This document shows positions 49,928 to 59,388 of a DNA stretch of 64,000 nt, piece after piece. The notes beneath the pieces were generated by a model. The model saw nothing but the letters and a program-made list of their open reading frames with translations. It did no database searches and was not told the origin of the DNA. This DNA comes from Promethearchaeota archaeon. Its GTDB lineage: Archaea; Asgardarchaeota; Lokiarchaeia; Sigyniarchaeales; SOKP01. Location of the stretch: contig JBHLNF010000002.1 in the NCBI GenBank assembly GCA_048937405.1, positions 448,001-512,000 of the forward strand, written 5' to 3'. Every line of letters begins with the position of its first letter. Positions within the stretch are counted from its first letter, which is position 1. The translations under genes were made by a program, and so were the position numbers.

Positions 49928-51496
49928 ATGAAACTAAAAGTTAAAGAAATTAATTTTGAAACAGGCAATCCTAAAGATATTGTCTTAAACATCAAAGATG
50001 CTAAAGAATTGGGTCAAAAAGCAGGAGAACGGGTCTTTATTAAAAATCTAAAATCAAAATCTTTGGAAGATAAATATTGGGTTGCTATTATTCAAATTGA
50101 TTATTTAGGCACCATTGTTAAATCTGGAGAAATAGGGTTATTTCTTAACCTGTTAAGAGAAAAAAAAGATTTAAAAAATGAAATGCTCGTCTCAGTAAAA
50201 CCAGCAGATCCTCCCGATTCATTTAGATTTATTCAAAAAAAGATCAAAGGGAATAAAATAACTAGCGAAGAAATTAACAGTATTATTAATGACGCAGTCT
50301 CAGGTTCCTTATCGAGGATTGATTTGGCTGCTTTCATAACAGCTGTATCGATTAAAGGAATGGATAATGAGGAAATGACCGCTTTAACCTTATCAGAAAC
50401 AAAAAGTGGAGAAATTTTTTATTTCGGAATGGACGTCTACGATAAACATAGCACAAAAATTTACATTTAGTAAATTTTGTTAAAAGGTGGCGTTCCAGGA
50501 AATAAAGTTTCATTGATAATTGTTCCAATTATTGCTGCAGCGGGATTAACAATTCCAAAATCATCAACAAGAGCTATCACATCCCCTTCAGGTACAGCAG
50601 ATTCAATGGAAGTTTTAGCTCCTGTATCTTTCTCTCCAGATGAGCTAAAAAAAATTGTAGCCGATCAAAATGCGTGTATAATATGGGGTGGTGCTCTTGA
50701 AACTGCACCGGCAGATAATATATTAATAGAAATTGAGCGTCCTTTACATATGGATCCTATTGGTCTTATGATACCTTCTATTTTAACAAAAAAGCTTTCG
50801 TTGGGGGTTAAAAAGCTAGTTCTTGATATTCCTGTTGGAGAGGGAACTAAATTTATTACGACTGATAAAGGAAAGCAATTTGCATACTTATTTAAAGAAA
50901 TCGCAGCAAATGTTGGAATTGAGGCAGAGTGTGCTTTAACTTTAGCTCATCAACCAATAGGTCATGCTGTAGGTCCTGCTCTTGAAGCAAAAGAAGCTCT
51001 TACATTATTACGTGATTATTCTACTGGACCTAATTCCTTAATAGAAAAGTCTACAGACCTAGCAGGGATGCTACTAGAAATGGGTGGGAAAGCTCAAAAG
51101 GGGATGGGACAAACTCTAGCAAAAGATATATTACGGACTGGAAAAGCCTATGAAAAAATGAAAAAAATTATTGAAGCACAAGGGGGAAATCCTGAAATAA
51201 TACCTGAAGATATCGAATTAGGACCCTATGTTAAAGATTTTTATTCTTCAAAAGATGGTTATATTGTTGATGTTAATAACGCACTCATTAATCAAATTGC
51301 AAAAACTGCTGGGTGTCCTAACTCAAAAACTTCAGGAGTAGTAATTATAAAAAAACAGGGAGCAAAAATTAAGGAAGGAGAACTCGTGTTTAAAATATAT
51401 TCCCATAGTGAATCAAAATTAAGAAAAGCAGAAAAGATATATAATGCTACAGGAGGTCCTATTAGGTTAGGTGGAATGGTGATTGAAAGAGTCTAA
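49928..51496 (+). CDS. deoA: AMP phosphorylase (archaeal DeoA-like), interrupted by a putative 30-nt intron (50455-50484); spliced product 512 aa
   Basis: ORFs 49928-50470 and 50477-51496 are in frame; splicing gives DKHSTGGVPGNK; KSSTRAITSPSGTAD, IIWGG, APAD, DIPVGEGTK, GPALEA, AQGG motifs. Confidence 0.88.
50455..50484 (+). other. Putative bulge-helix-bulge-type mRNA intron
   Basis: Central helix UAGC/GUUA, 3-nt bulges AC^A and AA^A, perfect 9-bp intron stem AAAAUUUAC/GUAAAUUUU; contains in-frame TAG TAA. Confidence 0.8.
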
Positions 51497-51529
51497 TAAA
51501 TTTAATTTCAACCAATTTTCAATAAGTTC

Positions 51530-53020
51530 ATGCCTTTAACTCCAAATGCTATTTATGAGGATTTCAAAAATAAAGATCTAGATTATAATTCAACTCTTGA
51601 ATTATTAATAATGCTAATCGATAATGCTGATAGCATAAATACACGTCTAGAATGTATTGAAATCTTGAATAAAATTAAATCTAAAGATGATAGAGTATTT
51701 GAAATATTAGAAAATTTATTAATCTCTGATTCAAACAAAGAAATAAGAAATAGGGCTGCCCTTTATATAAAAACACATTTTTTAGATAGAGCTTTGAAAC
51801 CAATGAGTTGGGCTCTTGAATATGAAACAACAATCAAATGCATAATTACTGTAATATCAACAATTTCGGAAATTAAGGACGAAAAATCTAAATCAGTATT
51901 GTTTGATAAATTAATTTATTTCTACAATCAAGAAATTAAATATAATTTGAAAAATATTTTTAAAGTCAAAAAATATGAAGATTTTACAGTTGAAGACCTT
52001 GCAGAAATATTGATAAATTATTATTTTATTTTATCCCTAAAAAAAAAATTTGGTTATATTAAGTATGAGTTTGATGCTACTGGTTTTATTACAAAACTAG
52101 ATTTAACTAATATCGATGCACAAGGTATTTTTTTGATAGATTTCCTTGAACTAATATCATCGCTAAAGCATCTTCAAGTTCTTGATTTAAGATTCAATAA
52201 ATTAACTAAATTAATGGAGATCCCTGTCGAAATAACATCCTTGAGATCTTTAGATTTAAGTTATAATCACATTTTCAGTCTTAAAGAATCAATTGATAAA
52301 TTAAAGTCCCTGAAAATATTAAATTTAAAATCTAATAGGTTGCGCATTCTTCCTAACTCTCTTGGTAACCTAAAATTACTTCAATCGTTAAATTTAAGAA
52401 ATAATTTTTTGAAGAAGATTCCAGAATCAATAAATTCTCTAAAAAGATTAGAGACTTTAGACTTACATGGAAATAAATTGAATTCAATTACATTCAAATT
52501 AAATATTCCTATTAAAAAACTTGAATTAGGTTGGAATAACTTTCTAGAAGTCCCACCCAGTATTAAATTACTTACCTCATTAGCAGAATTGGGTTTAAGT
52601 GGAAACAAATTAAAGACTATTCCTAAATGGATTTCTTCACTTCAGTCATTAAAAGTTTTAAATTTATATGATAATAATATATCCCACTTGCCCAAATCTT
52701 TAGGTCTTCTAAAATCTTTAGAAGTTTTAATTTTAAGGAATAATAGTCTTTTAAAATTACCAGATAATTTTAAACGTTTAAAAAGTCTTAAAATCCTTAA
52801 TTTAAGTTGGAACAACTTTGCTCAAATCCCTAAATGGATCGGAGAATTGGATTCACTTGAGGATTTAAATTTATGGGGAAATAAACTTGATTCACTCCCT
52901 AGATCAATACTCTCATTATCTCACCTTAAGATCTTAGATATAAATTTTAATAAATTCGAGTCTTTCCCTCCATTTTTAAAAGAATTAGAAAGAAGAAAAG
53001 ATCTTATTATTAAATATTAG
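51530..53020 (+). CDS. HEAT-like N-terminus plus leucine-rich repeat protein
   Basis: About 11 LxxLxLxxNxL repeats with ~23-aa period; LENLLISDSNKEIR N-terminal motif. Confidence 0.9.
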   Translation: MPLTPNAIYEDFKNKDLDYNSTLELLIMLIDNADSINTRLECIEILNKIKSKDDRVFEILENLLISDSNKEIRNRAALYIKTHFLDRALKPMSWALEYETTIKCIITVISTISEIKDEKSKSVLFDKLIYFYNQEIKYNLKNIFKVKKYEDFTVEDLAEILINYYFILSLKKKFGYIKYEFDATGFITKLDLTNIDAQGIFLIDFLELISSLKHLQVLDLRFNKLTKLMEIPVEITSLRSLDLSYNHIFSLKESIDKLKSLKILNLKSNRLRILPNSLGNLKLLQSLNLRNNFLKKIPESINSLKRLETLDLHGNKLNSITFKLNIPIKKLELGWNNFLEVPPSIKLLTSLAELGLSGNKLKTIPKWISSLQSLKVLNLYDNNISHLPKSLGLLKSLEVLILRNNSLLKLPDNFKRLKSLKILNLSWNNFAQIPKWIGELDSLEDLNLWGNKLDSLPRSILSLSHLKILDINFNKFESFPPFLKELERRKDLIIKY

Positions 53021-53137
53021 TAGATGACCTATCTAACAAGGGAATATACAGTAGAGATCTCATTCTTTTTGTAGTAAATATCAAAAAACATCTTTTATTT
53101 TTGATATATGAAATTAGAATAGTTTAGATTTTAATTT

Positions 53138-54898
53138 CTATTGGATTTCATACAATTCTTTAATCTCTTTTATAGTAGTAATATCTTTTGGAGATTTTTC
53201 TGGACGTAATCTTAGAAAAACAGGAAATCTCATAGAATATCCTAAGGTAGCAAATTTATCACTAACTGTTATCTCATCTCCGGTAATTTCCATAACAATT
53301 TCTGGATTTAACCATACATCAGGGGTATCTTCACAAATAACATTTTTTGGTTTTCTCTCCACGCTATATGATTCCATTTCTTCTGTTAAAGATTCAGATA
53401 ACTCATCAGTTAAACCTGAGAAGAAGCGCGTAAAAGCTATATAAATATCATTTTCAGGATCATAAACAGCACCTATATAGGTTCCATATACTCCCGTTCT
53501 TCTTCCTTTACCAAAAAATGCACCAACCAAGACCACATCAATAGTATCTTTTAATTTTCCTCCTTCTAGACTTTTTAATTTTAACCATTTGTAACCACGA
53601 TTTCCTGCTTGATAAATTGAATCTTCTTTAATCGATTTTGCCATTATTCCTTCAGTTCCTTCTTCTTTTGCCTTATTAAAGAAACTGAGTAATTCCTCAG
53701 TACTATGAATAGTTATAGATTTAACTAACCTTAATTCATCTCTTTCCTTAACAACTTCTTCAAGTTTTCCCCTTCTTTCTAAAAATGCTTTATCTACGTA
53801 TGATTCATCACCAAATTTTAAAAGATCAAAAACAAATAAACAAACAGGGACTTCTTTTGCAATATCATCAATATCATATTTTCGTCTCCTTTGACTTAAA
53901 ACCTGAAATGGTTGCATCTTCTCATAGAATGGGTCCATAGCTACAACTTCTCCTTCAATAATAACCTTTTTGGCTTTAATATTTTCCCTTATAACTTGAC
54001 ATACATCAGGATATTGGTTTGAGATATCTAGCAACCTTCTTGAAAATAACATAATATCATCACCTACTTTATGGATTTGTAGCCTTTCTCCATCTAGCTT
54101 ATATTCTGCAATAAATGGAGATCCTAGTCTTGATATGAACTCTGTGTATAATTCACGAGAGGCAAGCATACTAAGAATAGGTATTCCATATTGTATATCA
54201 ATCTTTTTTACATTTTCTAAACCGTTTATTGCTAATACTTTTGCAATTTCTCCTAAATCTGGATATAAACTATACGCTCTTTCTATAAATTGTTTATTTT
54301 CCTTTAGATCTGTGAAAGCTAGAGCTAAACCTTCTATAATAGTTGGAGATTGAACTCCTACTCTCAGTGTTGATGTTATAATTCTTAATAAATATTTTGT
54401 TTCTAATGGTGTACATTTTCTCATAAGGCCTCTTAAAATCCTTAATTTAGTATCATGTGACCCTATACCCTCAGATAATGCTATTTTCTTTAATTTAGAG
54501 TATAATTCAACAATCTCTATTGATGCCTTTAAATCTTCATTCGGATTGATATCTAATATTGATCTTTGCTTTTTACTTTTTGATAACATAAATTCAGCAG
54601 TAGCTCCTATATCTCCTTTTTTAACCAAAACTTCTTTAATTCTTTTAACTCCAACACCAGAATGTACTGATAAAGCTTCAATTATCATTTTTTCAGCTAA
54701 CCCCATCTTAGGAAATTGCATTATATTAGGTGTTAATTGACCTTGTAAAAGATAAATAATTTTATCTAAATCTTCAAATTTTTTACTTTTTTTAATTTCA
54801 GTAAAAAAAGTTGATAGTAGATCAATCATTTCTAGTCTTTTAGTAGTACTTTCAAGTTTTAAAAACAACTGAGATAATCTATTGAATTTCATGTTCAA
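53138..54898 (-). CDS. lig: ATP-dependent DNA ligase
   Basis: EYKLDGER, EGE, FDLL, EGIMAK, WLKLK, DVVLVGA, RFP. Confidence 0.95.
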   Translation of the reverse strand: MNMKFNRLSQLFLKLESTTKRLEMIDLLSTFFTEIKKSKKFEDLDKIIYLLQGQLTPNIMQFPKMGLAEKMIIEALSVHSGVGVKRIKEVLVKKGDIGATAEFMLSKSKKQRSILDINPNEDLKASIEIVELYSKLKKIALSEGIGSHDTKLRILRGLMRKCTPLETKYLLRIITSTLRVGVQSPTIIEGLALAFTDLKENKQFIERAYSLYPDLGEIAKVLAINGLENVKKIDIQYGIPILSMLASRELYTEFISRLGSPFIAEYKLDGERLQIHKVGDDIMLFSRRLLDISNQYPDVCQVIRENIKAKKVIIEGEVVAMDPFYEKMQPFQVLSQRRRKYDIDDIAKEVPVCLFVFDLLKFGDESYVDKAFLERRGKLEEVVKERDELRLVKSITIHSTEELLSFFNKAKEEGTEGIMAKSIKEDSIYQAGNRGYKWLKLKSLEGGKLKDTIDVVLVGAFFGKGRRTGVYGTYIGAVYDPENDIYIAFTRFFSGLTDELSESLTEEMESYSVERKPKNVICEDTPDVWLNPEIVMEITGDEITVSDKFATLGYSMRFPVFLRLRPEKSPKDITTIKEIKELYEIQ

Positions 54899-54975
54899 TC
54901 ATAAAATATAGTTTAAAAAGTAGATGTTATTTAAATCCACAATTTAATAAATAATAAAAAAGAAGTAATAAAAAA

Positions 54976-55809
54976 TTATATTAGTTTTGAGAGTTCAATA
55001 AATTTCTTTTGAATTGCTGTTTTTACTTTAGGATCTACTCCAGAAAAGCTATTGACCGTAAAATTCAATTTTGAACCTTCTTTGATTGAAAATTGACATA
55101 TAGGACCATCCATTTGTTCAACAGCATAACTTCCATCTTGCTTCTTCGAAATCCAGATGTCATCATAATGATCCATAATTGCCGAAAAAACAAATGATAT
55201 CTTCGCATCTACCATTAAATCCGTAGAAGACACCTTTTTTGCTGGTGCTGGTTGTGTTTTAATACTAGGCATTGGTTCAGTAGATTCATATTCAGAGGCT
55301 ATTGTTTTAGGTTTAGCCGAAGTAACAGGTTTTGAGACAGCAGGAGATGCCATAGGAGTTGGAGTGGGTTTTGCTTGCACTTTTGGTTCTGTCTTTTTAA
55401 CTGTTACAGGTTGCATTACTCCTGTTTGAAAAGTAACAATAAAATTTTCTAACTCTGTATGCTTTTTATCTAAAATTTCCTGAAGTTCTTCGTTCATCTT
55501 GGTATCTTCAGGAACTTTTCCGACTTTTCGAGCATCAATTTCTTTTATGCTTTTAATATCTCGTCCTATAATACTTTTTCCAACTGTATATCCATGTCCT
55601 TTAAGTGATTCCGCTTGTCTAAGAGCTGTTCTCCGTGCAACTAATCCTTGTTTGGCACCATGCCATAAATAGACAGATTCACTACCTTCATCTAAAACTA
55701 TAATAGAAGTCTCTGGCATAAAGCTATTTTTATCCCATTTAATTGGAACAATTTCTCCCCCGGGTCTCGCGTCGAACATTAGCGCAAATGAAGTCGTTAT
55801 AATCACCAA
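54976..55809 (-). CDS. Gelsolin-like domain protein with a Pro/Thr/Lys-rich linker
   Basis: SIIVLDEGSESVYLWHG....ARRTALRQA resembles the gelsolin core (ILD...IYVWxG). Confidence 0.65.
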   Translation of the reverse strand: MVIITTSFALMFDARPGGEIVPIKWDKNSFMPETSIIVLDEGSESVYLWHGAKQGLVARRTALRQAESLKGHGYTVGKSIIGRDIKSIKEIDARKVGKVPEDTKMNEELQEILDKKHTELENFIVTFQTGVMQPVTVKKTEPKVQAKPTPTPMASPAVSKPVTSAKPKTIASEYESTEPMPSIKTQPAPAKKVSSTDLMVDAKISFVFSAIMDHYDDIWISKKQDGSYAVEQMDGPICQFSIKEGSKLNFTVNSFSGVDPKVKTAIQKKFIELSKLI

Positions 55810-56070
55810 TTTGAATTTACATTAAATCTTGATTTTTATTATAATTAAAATAGTTTTCATAAATTTAAAAATTGAGTTTTCGATGATTTTATTAAATTAC
55901 TGATTAAATTAAAAAATTTAAATTACAATTTGAATTTCAAAAACTTAAGTATTTTAACTTAATAATACTAATAACGGAAATAATAAAAGATAAAAATTAA
56001 ATTTTATTAAGTAAATATTTTAAGTATTTAATTCAAGAGATTCTTAAAAAAAATAAAAAAGGATACAGAC

Positions 56071-57156
56071 ATGGAATTAAATAGATTACTACGAGAAAAT
56101 TTAAGAAAATATACCGCTTTTGAGCTTGTGGAACAACCAAAAGAAGATGGTTGGGTTATTTTAAATACTAATGAAAATCCTTTTCCTCCAATAAATGACA
56201 TTTTAATTGATATAAAAAATGCTGTGAATGATAACATTAGACTCTATCCTGACCCCACTTCGTTTGAATTGCGTAAGGAAATCCTTAATGTATTACTAAG
56301 AGATAAGGATACACTTACTAATCGTAATTCTATACTCATTGGAAGTGGTTCAGATGAGATCTTAGACATTCTTTTTAAAATATTTGTTGACCCTGAAGAT
56401 AAGGTAAATTTCTTTTATCCTTCTTATGGATTATATAAAACATTAGCAACACTTTATAATGCTAAAATCAATGAAATTCAGTTAAATGAAGATTTTTCAA
56501 TACCTGATACAGTTTATTCATCTAAAGGTAAATTATTAATTATTAACTCACCAAATGATCCAAACGGAAAATCTTTTGGAAATGCTACGATCTTAAAAAT
56601 CTGTGGAAGCTTTCCAGGTGTTGTTGTTGTTGACGAAACTTATGCTGATTTTTCGCCTCAAACTTGTTTATCATTATTGAAAAAAGTAAAGAATTTAGTT
56701 GTATGCAGATCTTTTTCAATCGGGTTTTCTCTGGCATCCTTTAAATTAGCATTTGCTCTTGCTGATGCAGATATTATCAAAGAAATGAATAGTGTAAAAT
56801 TACCATATAATATTAGTTATATAGATCAAATAGCAGCTTTATCTTGTATTAAACATCATAAAAAAGTATTTGAGCAGAATAAAAAAATTCTTGAAGAAAG
56901 AGAAAGATTAACTAATAAATTAAATACGTATAATGGTATTAGTGTTTTACCTTCAGATGCAAATTTCATATTCATTAAATTTGAAGATAAATCTAAAACA
57001 TTAAAGTTTGTATGGGATTTGAAAGAACTTAAGATCCTAGTACGTCACTTTAGTAAACCTGGATTATATAATTATATTAGAGTTACTATTGGAACTGAAG
57101 AAGATAACAATAAATTTTTAGAAGCCTTTGAGACAATTGCAAATAAATACTTGTAA
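56071..57156 (+). CDS. hisC: Histidinol-phosphate aminotransferase-like protein lacking the PLP lysine
   Basis: LNTNENP, YPDP, GSDE, SPNDPNG, VDETY, SDANF, IRVTIG; RSFSIGFSLASFK in place of RTFSKAxGLAGxR. Confidence 0.7.
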   Translation: MELNRLLRENLRKYTAFELVEQPKEDGWVILNTNENPFPPINDILIDIKNAVNDNIRLYPDPTSFELRKEILNVLLRDKDTLTNRNSILIGSGSDEILDILFKIFVDPEDKVNFFYPSYGLYKTLATLYNAKINEIQLNEDFSIPDTVYSSKGKLLIINSPNDPNGKSFGNATILKICGSFPGVVVVDETYADFSPQTCLSLLKKVKNLVVCRSFSIGFSLASFKLAFALADADIIKEMNSVKLPYNISYIDQIAALSCIKHHKKVFEQNKKILEERERLTNKLNTYNGISVLPSDANFIFIKFEDKSKTLKFVWDLKELKILVRHFSKPGLYNYIRVTIGTEEDNNKFLEAFETIANKYL

Positions 57157-57183
57157 TACTTTTAATTTATTGTCAAGTCACAC

Positions 57184-58386
57184 ATGGAGCGATTGATAAA
57201 AATTACTAATTTACACTTTTCTGAAGATAAAAGGAAAGATGAGGTTAAATGTCCGTATTGTGGATATAAAATACTAAGACCTTATCCAAAAGACAAGCTT
57301 TGTCCTAAATGTAGTAAATTTTTAGCGATTCTTCATGATTTATCTACTGAAAAGGAAGGAAGAACTACTCCTAAAGAATTTGAGAAAAAGCAAAACACAC
57401 TCTCAACAAAATTAGGTAGTAAAGTAAAAGTTAAGCAACAACCATTAGCTATCTCTTTAGAAAGTGATAAAATTAAATTAAAAAAAGGAGAATATGTAAA
57501 GTTATTAGGCATTACTACAAATGAAAGAACTCAATTATATTGTAGTAATGATAATTATAAGTATTTGTTAGAATTAACAAATAACCTAGATTTCATAGCA
57601 ACCGGTATTTTAGAAGGGGATCTTGATAAAATGTTGCTTATTTCGGGGGAGAAGAAAAAAGAAGAAAAATGCCAATTCTATGAAAAAAACGAGATAATCT
57701 ATATTGTTTATGGGAAATTTCCTGATAAAAAAGGCAAATGGATCCTTGAACAGATGTCAAATCATTTCACAGAATTATTACAGGGTAAAGACGCTGACAA
57801 ATTAGATAAATTTGAGAAATATAATATTCAATTAGAATTTAAAAGACGAGTTAAGTTTATACTCCAACAATACGTAAGATTACAAGAAGTATTTACTGAT
57901 CAAGATTTCACTTATGTAGAAGATACAATTAGAATTGATTATTTAGGATTATCTTCAATGTCAATTGGGGTGATATCAATTTTAATAGGGGAGGATAACT
58001 TGAATATTGAGACCCTTGGTGAATTTGAAAATCCAGAAGAAGATAGAGAAATGAAGGAATCAATGCTTACAGCAAAAATAGAAGCAATAGCCGCTAATAC
58101 ACAAGGTAATACAGGTGCAGTACCTCAATGGATAGCAGTAAAATTAGGATTTCAAAAATATCGATTTTTAACTTTTAAAAAATTTCAGAACGATTATTTT
58201 CTTTCTATGCTTTCGGAAGGTAATTTAGATAAGATACCCCAAGTAGAACAATTATTGAATCTTTTAATTGAAAAAGTTACATCGACAGTGTTTTCTGGTA
58301 ATCTAAAACCTTTTAATGAATTAAAAGCAGAACTAAAAGACAAATTTTCTATAAGAAATAAATTTCCTCCCTTTGATTTTAAATAA
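57184..58386 (+). CDS. Zn-ribbon protein with possible longin/roadblock-like domains
   Basis: CPYC..CPKC; downstream alpha/beta segments (IIYIVYG...WILEQMSNHF) are longin-like by eye. Confidence 0.45.
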   Translation: MERLIKITNLHFSEDKRKDEVKCPYCGYKILRPYPKDKLCPKCSKFLAILHDLSTEKEGRTTPKEFEKKQNTLSTKLGSKVKVKQQPLAISLESDKIKLKKGEYVKLLGITTNERTQLYCSNDNYKYLLELTNNLDFIATGILEGDLDKMLLISGEKKKEEKCQFYEKNEIIYIVYGKFPDKKGKWILEQMSNHFTELLQGKDADKLDKFEKYNIQLEFKRRVKFILQQYVRLQEVFTDQDFTYVEDTIRIDYLGLSSMSIGVISILIGEDNLNIETLGEFENPEEDREMKESMLTAKIEAIAANTQGNTGAVPQWIAVKLGFQKYRFLTFKKFQNDYFLSMLSEGNLDKIPQVEQLLNLLIEKVTSTVFSGNLKPFNELKAELKDKFSIRNKFPPFDFK

Positions 58387-58419
58387 AATATTTATCAAAT
58401 TATATCAGAAATATATAAG

Positions 58420-59376
58420 ATGAATTTAACTCCTCAAATTATTTTAGACCAATTAGAGAGGAATGAAATAAGTAAATCTTTTGCTTTTGATCAATTAATC
58501 TCTTTTGTAGAAAACAGTGAAAATGAACAAATAAGAGAAGAAGCATTAGAAAATTTAGATCGGGTTGGAATTTATGATAATAAACTTTTTGAATTTTTAG
58601 AAAACATACTCCTTTCTGATTCAAATGAAAAAATCAGAAATGTCGTTTTGAAAATCATAGAAAGAAGATTTCTATACAAAGCAATTGCCCTTTTAAAGTG
58701 GGCTCTAAATCATGAGAAAGATTATGAATGCCTTGTTATCATAATCAAATCATTAAAAAAAGCTAATACTGAAGAGTCTAAAAGAATTTTATTTGATAAA
58801 ACAAAGGAGATTATACACACTAAATATATCAATAAAGACAAAAGAATTGAAAATCGTAAATTCAAATATATTTTAAAGAAATTATTAAAAACTAAGAAAT
58901 ATGAATTATTTACTCATAAAGAATTATCCCTTATTTTAATTAGTTTCATGACAATTATTAATTTAACAAATTTATATCCAAATGTCTCTTATGAGATAAA
59001 TCCAGAAAATGGATTGTTAAACGAATTAGATTTATCAGATTATTTTGAATATGAAGTGAAAGGGATACCTTTTGGATGGAAAAATAATATTAAATCAATT
59101 TCAGAAATAAAAGGTTTAATGTATTTAAAATCTCTCAAGAAAATTAATCTTTCAAACAATCTGATTGAAGATATTAAAGAATTAGTTTATTTAAAAAATA
59201 TAACACATTTAACTCTTTCTAAAAATAATATTAGTAATGTCGAAAACATTGAATATCTTAAAAAATTCAAAAAACTAGAATATCTGGATCTAAGAGATAA
59301 TGAAATTGCTACAAAAATTCAATCTAATGATTTTAATTCTAGTATAAGAGTTATTCTGAAAGATTCTTATATTTAA
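58420..59376 (+). CDS. HEAT-like plus short LRR protein, paralog of 51530-53020
   Basis: LENILLSDSNEKIR shared motif; LKKINLSNNLI, LTLSKNNI, LDLRDNEI. Confidence 0.85.
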   Translation: MNLTPQIILDQLERNEISKSFAFDQLISFVENSENEQIREEALENLDRVGIYDNKLFEFLENILLSDSNEKIRNVVLKIIERRFLYKAIALLKWALNHEKDYECLVIIIKSLKKANTEESKRILFDKTKEIIHTKYINKDKRIENRKFKYILKKLLKTKKYELFTHKELSLILISFMTIINLTNLYPNVSYEINPENGLLNELDLSDYFEYEVKGIPFGWKNNIKSISEIKGLMYLKSLKKINLSNNLIEDIKELVYLKNITHLTLSKNNISNVENIEYLKKFKKLEYLDLRDNEIATKIQSNDFNSSIRVILKDSYI

Positions 59377-59388
59377 AAAAAAAGTAGA

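Noticed and set aside
49928-51496. AMP phosphorylase as a frameshifted pseudogene or natural two-subunit split
   Set aside because: Both halves share one frame, the break is a precise structured 30-nt insert within a conserved motif, and there is no other decay; not fully excluded without RNA data
53021-53062. ATGA-containing hairpin after the LRR gene as a second SECIS
   Set aside because: No convincing GA quartet or stem, and no UGA-containing gene upstream
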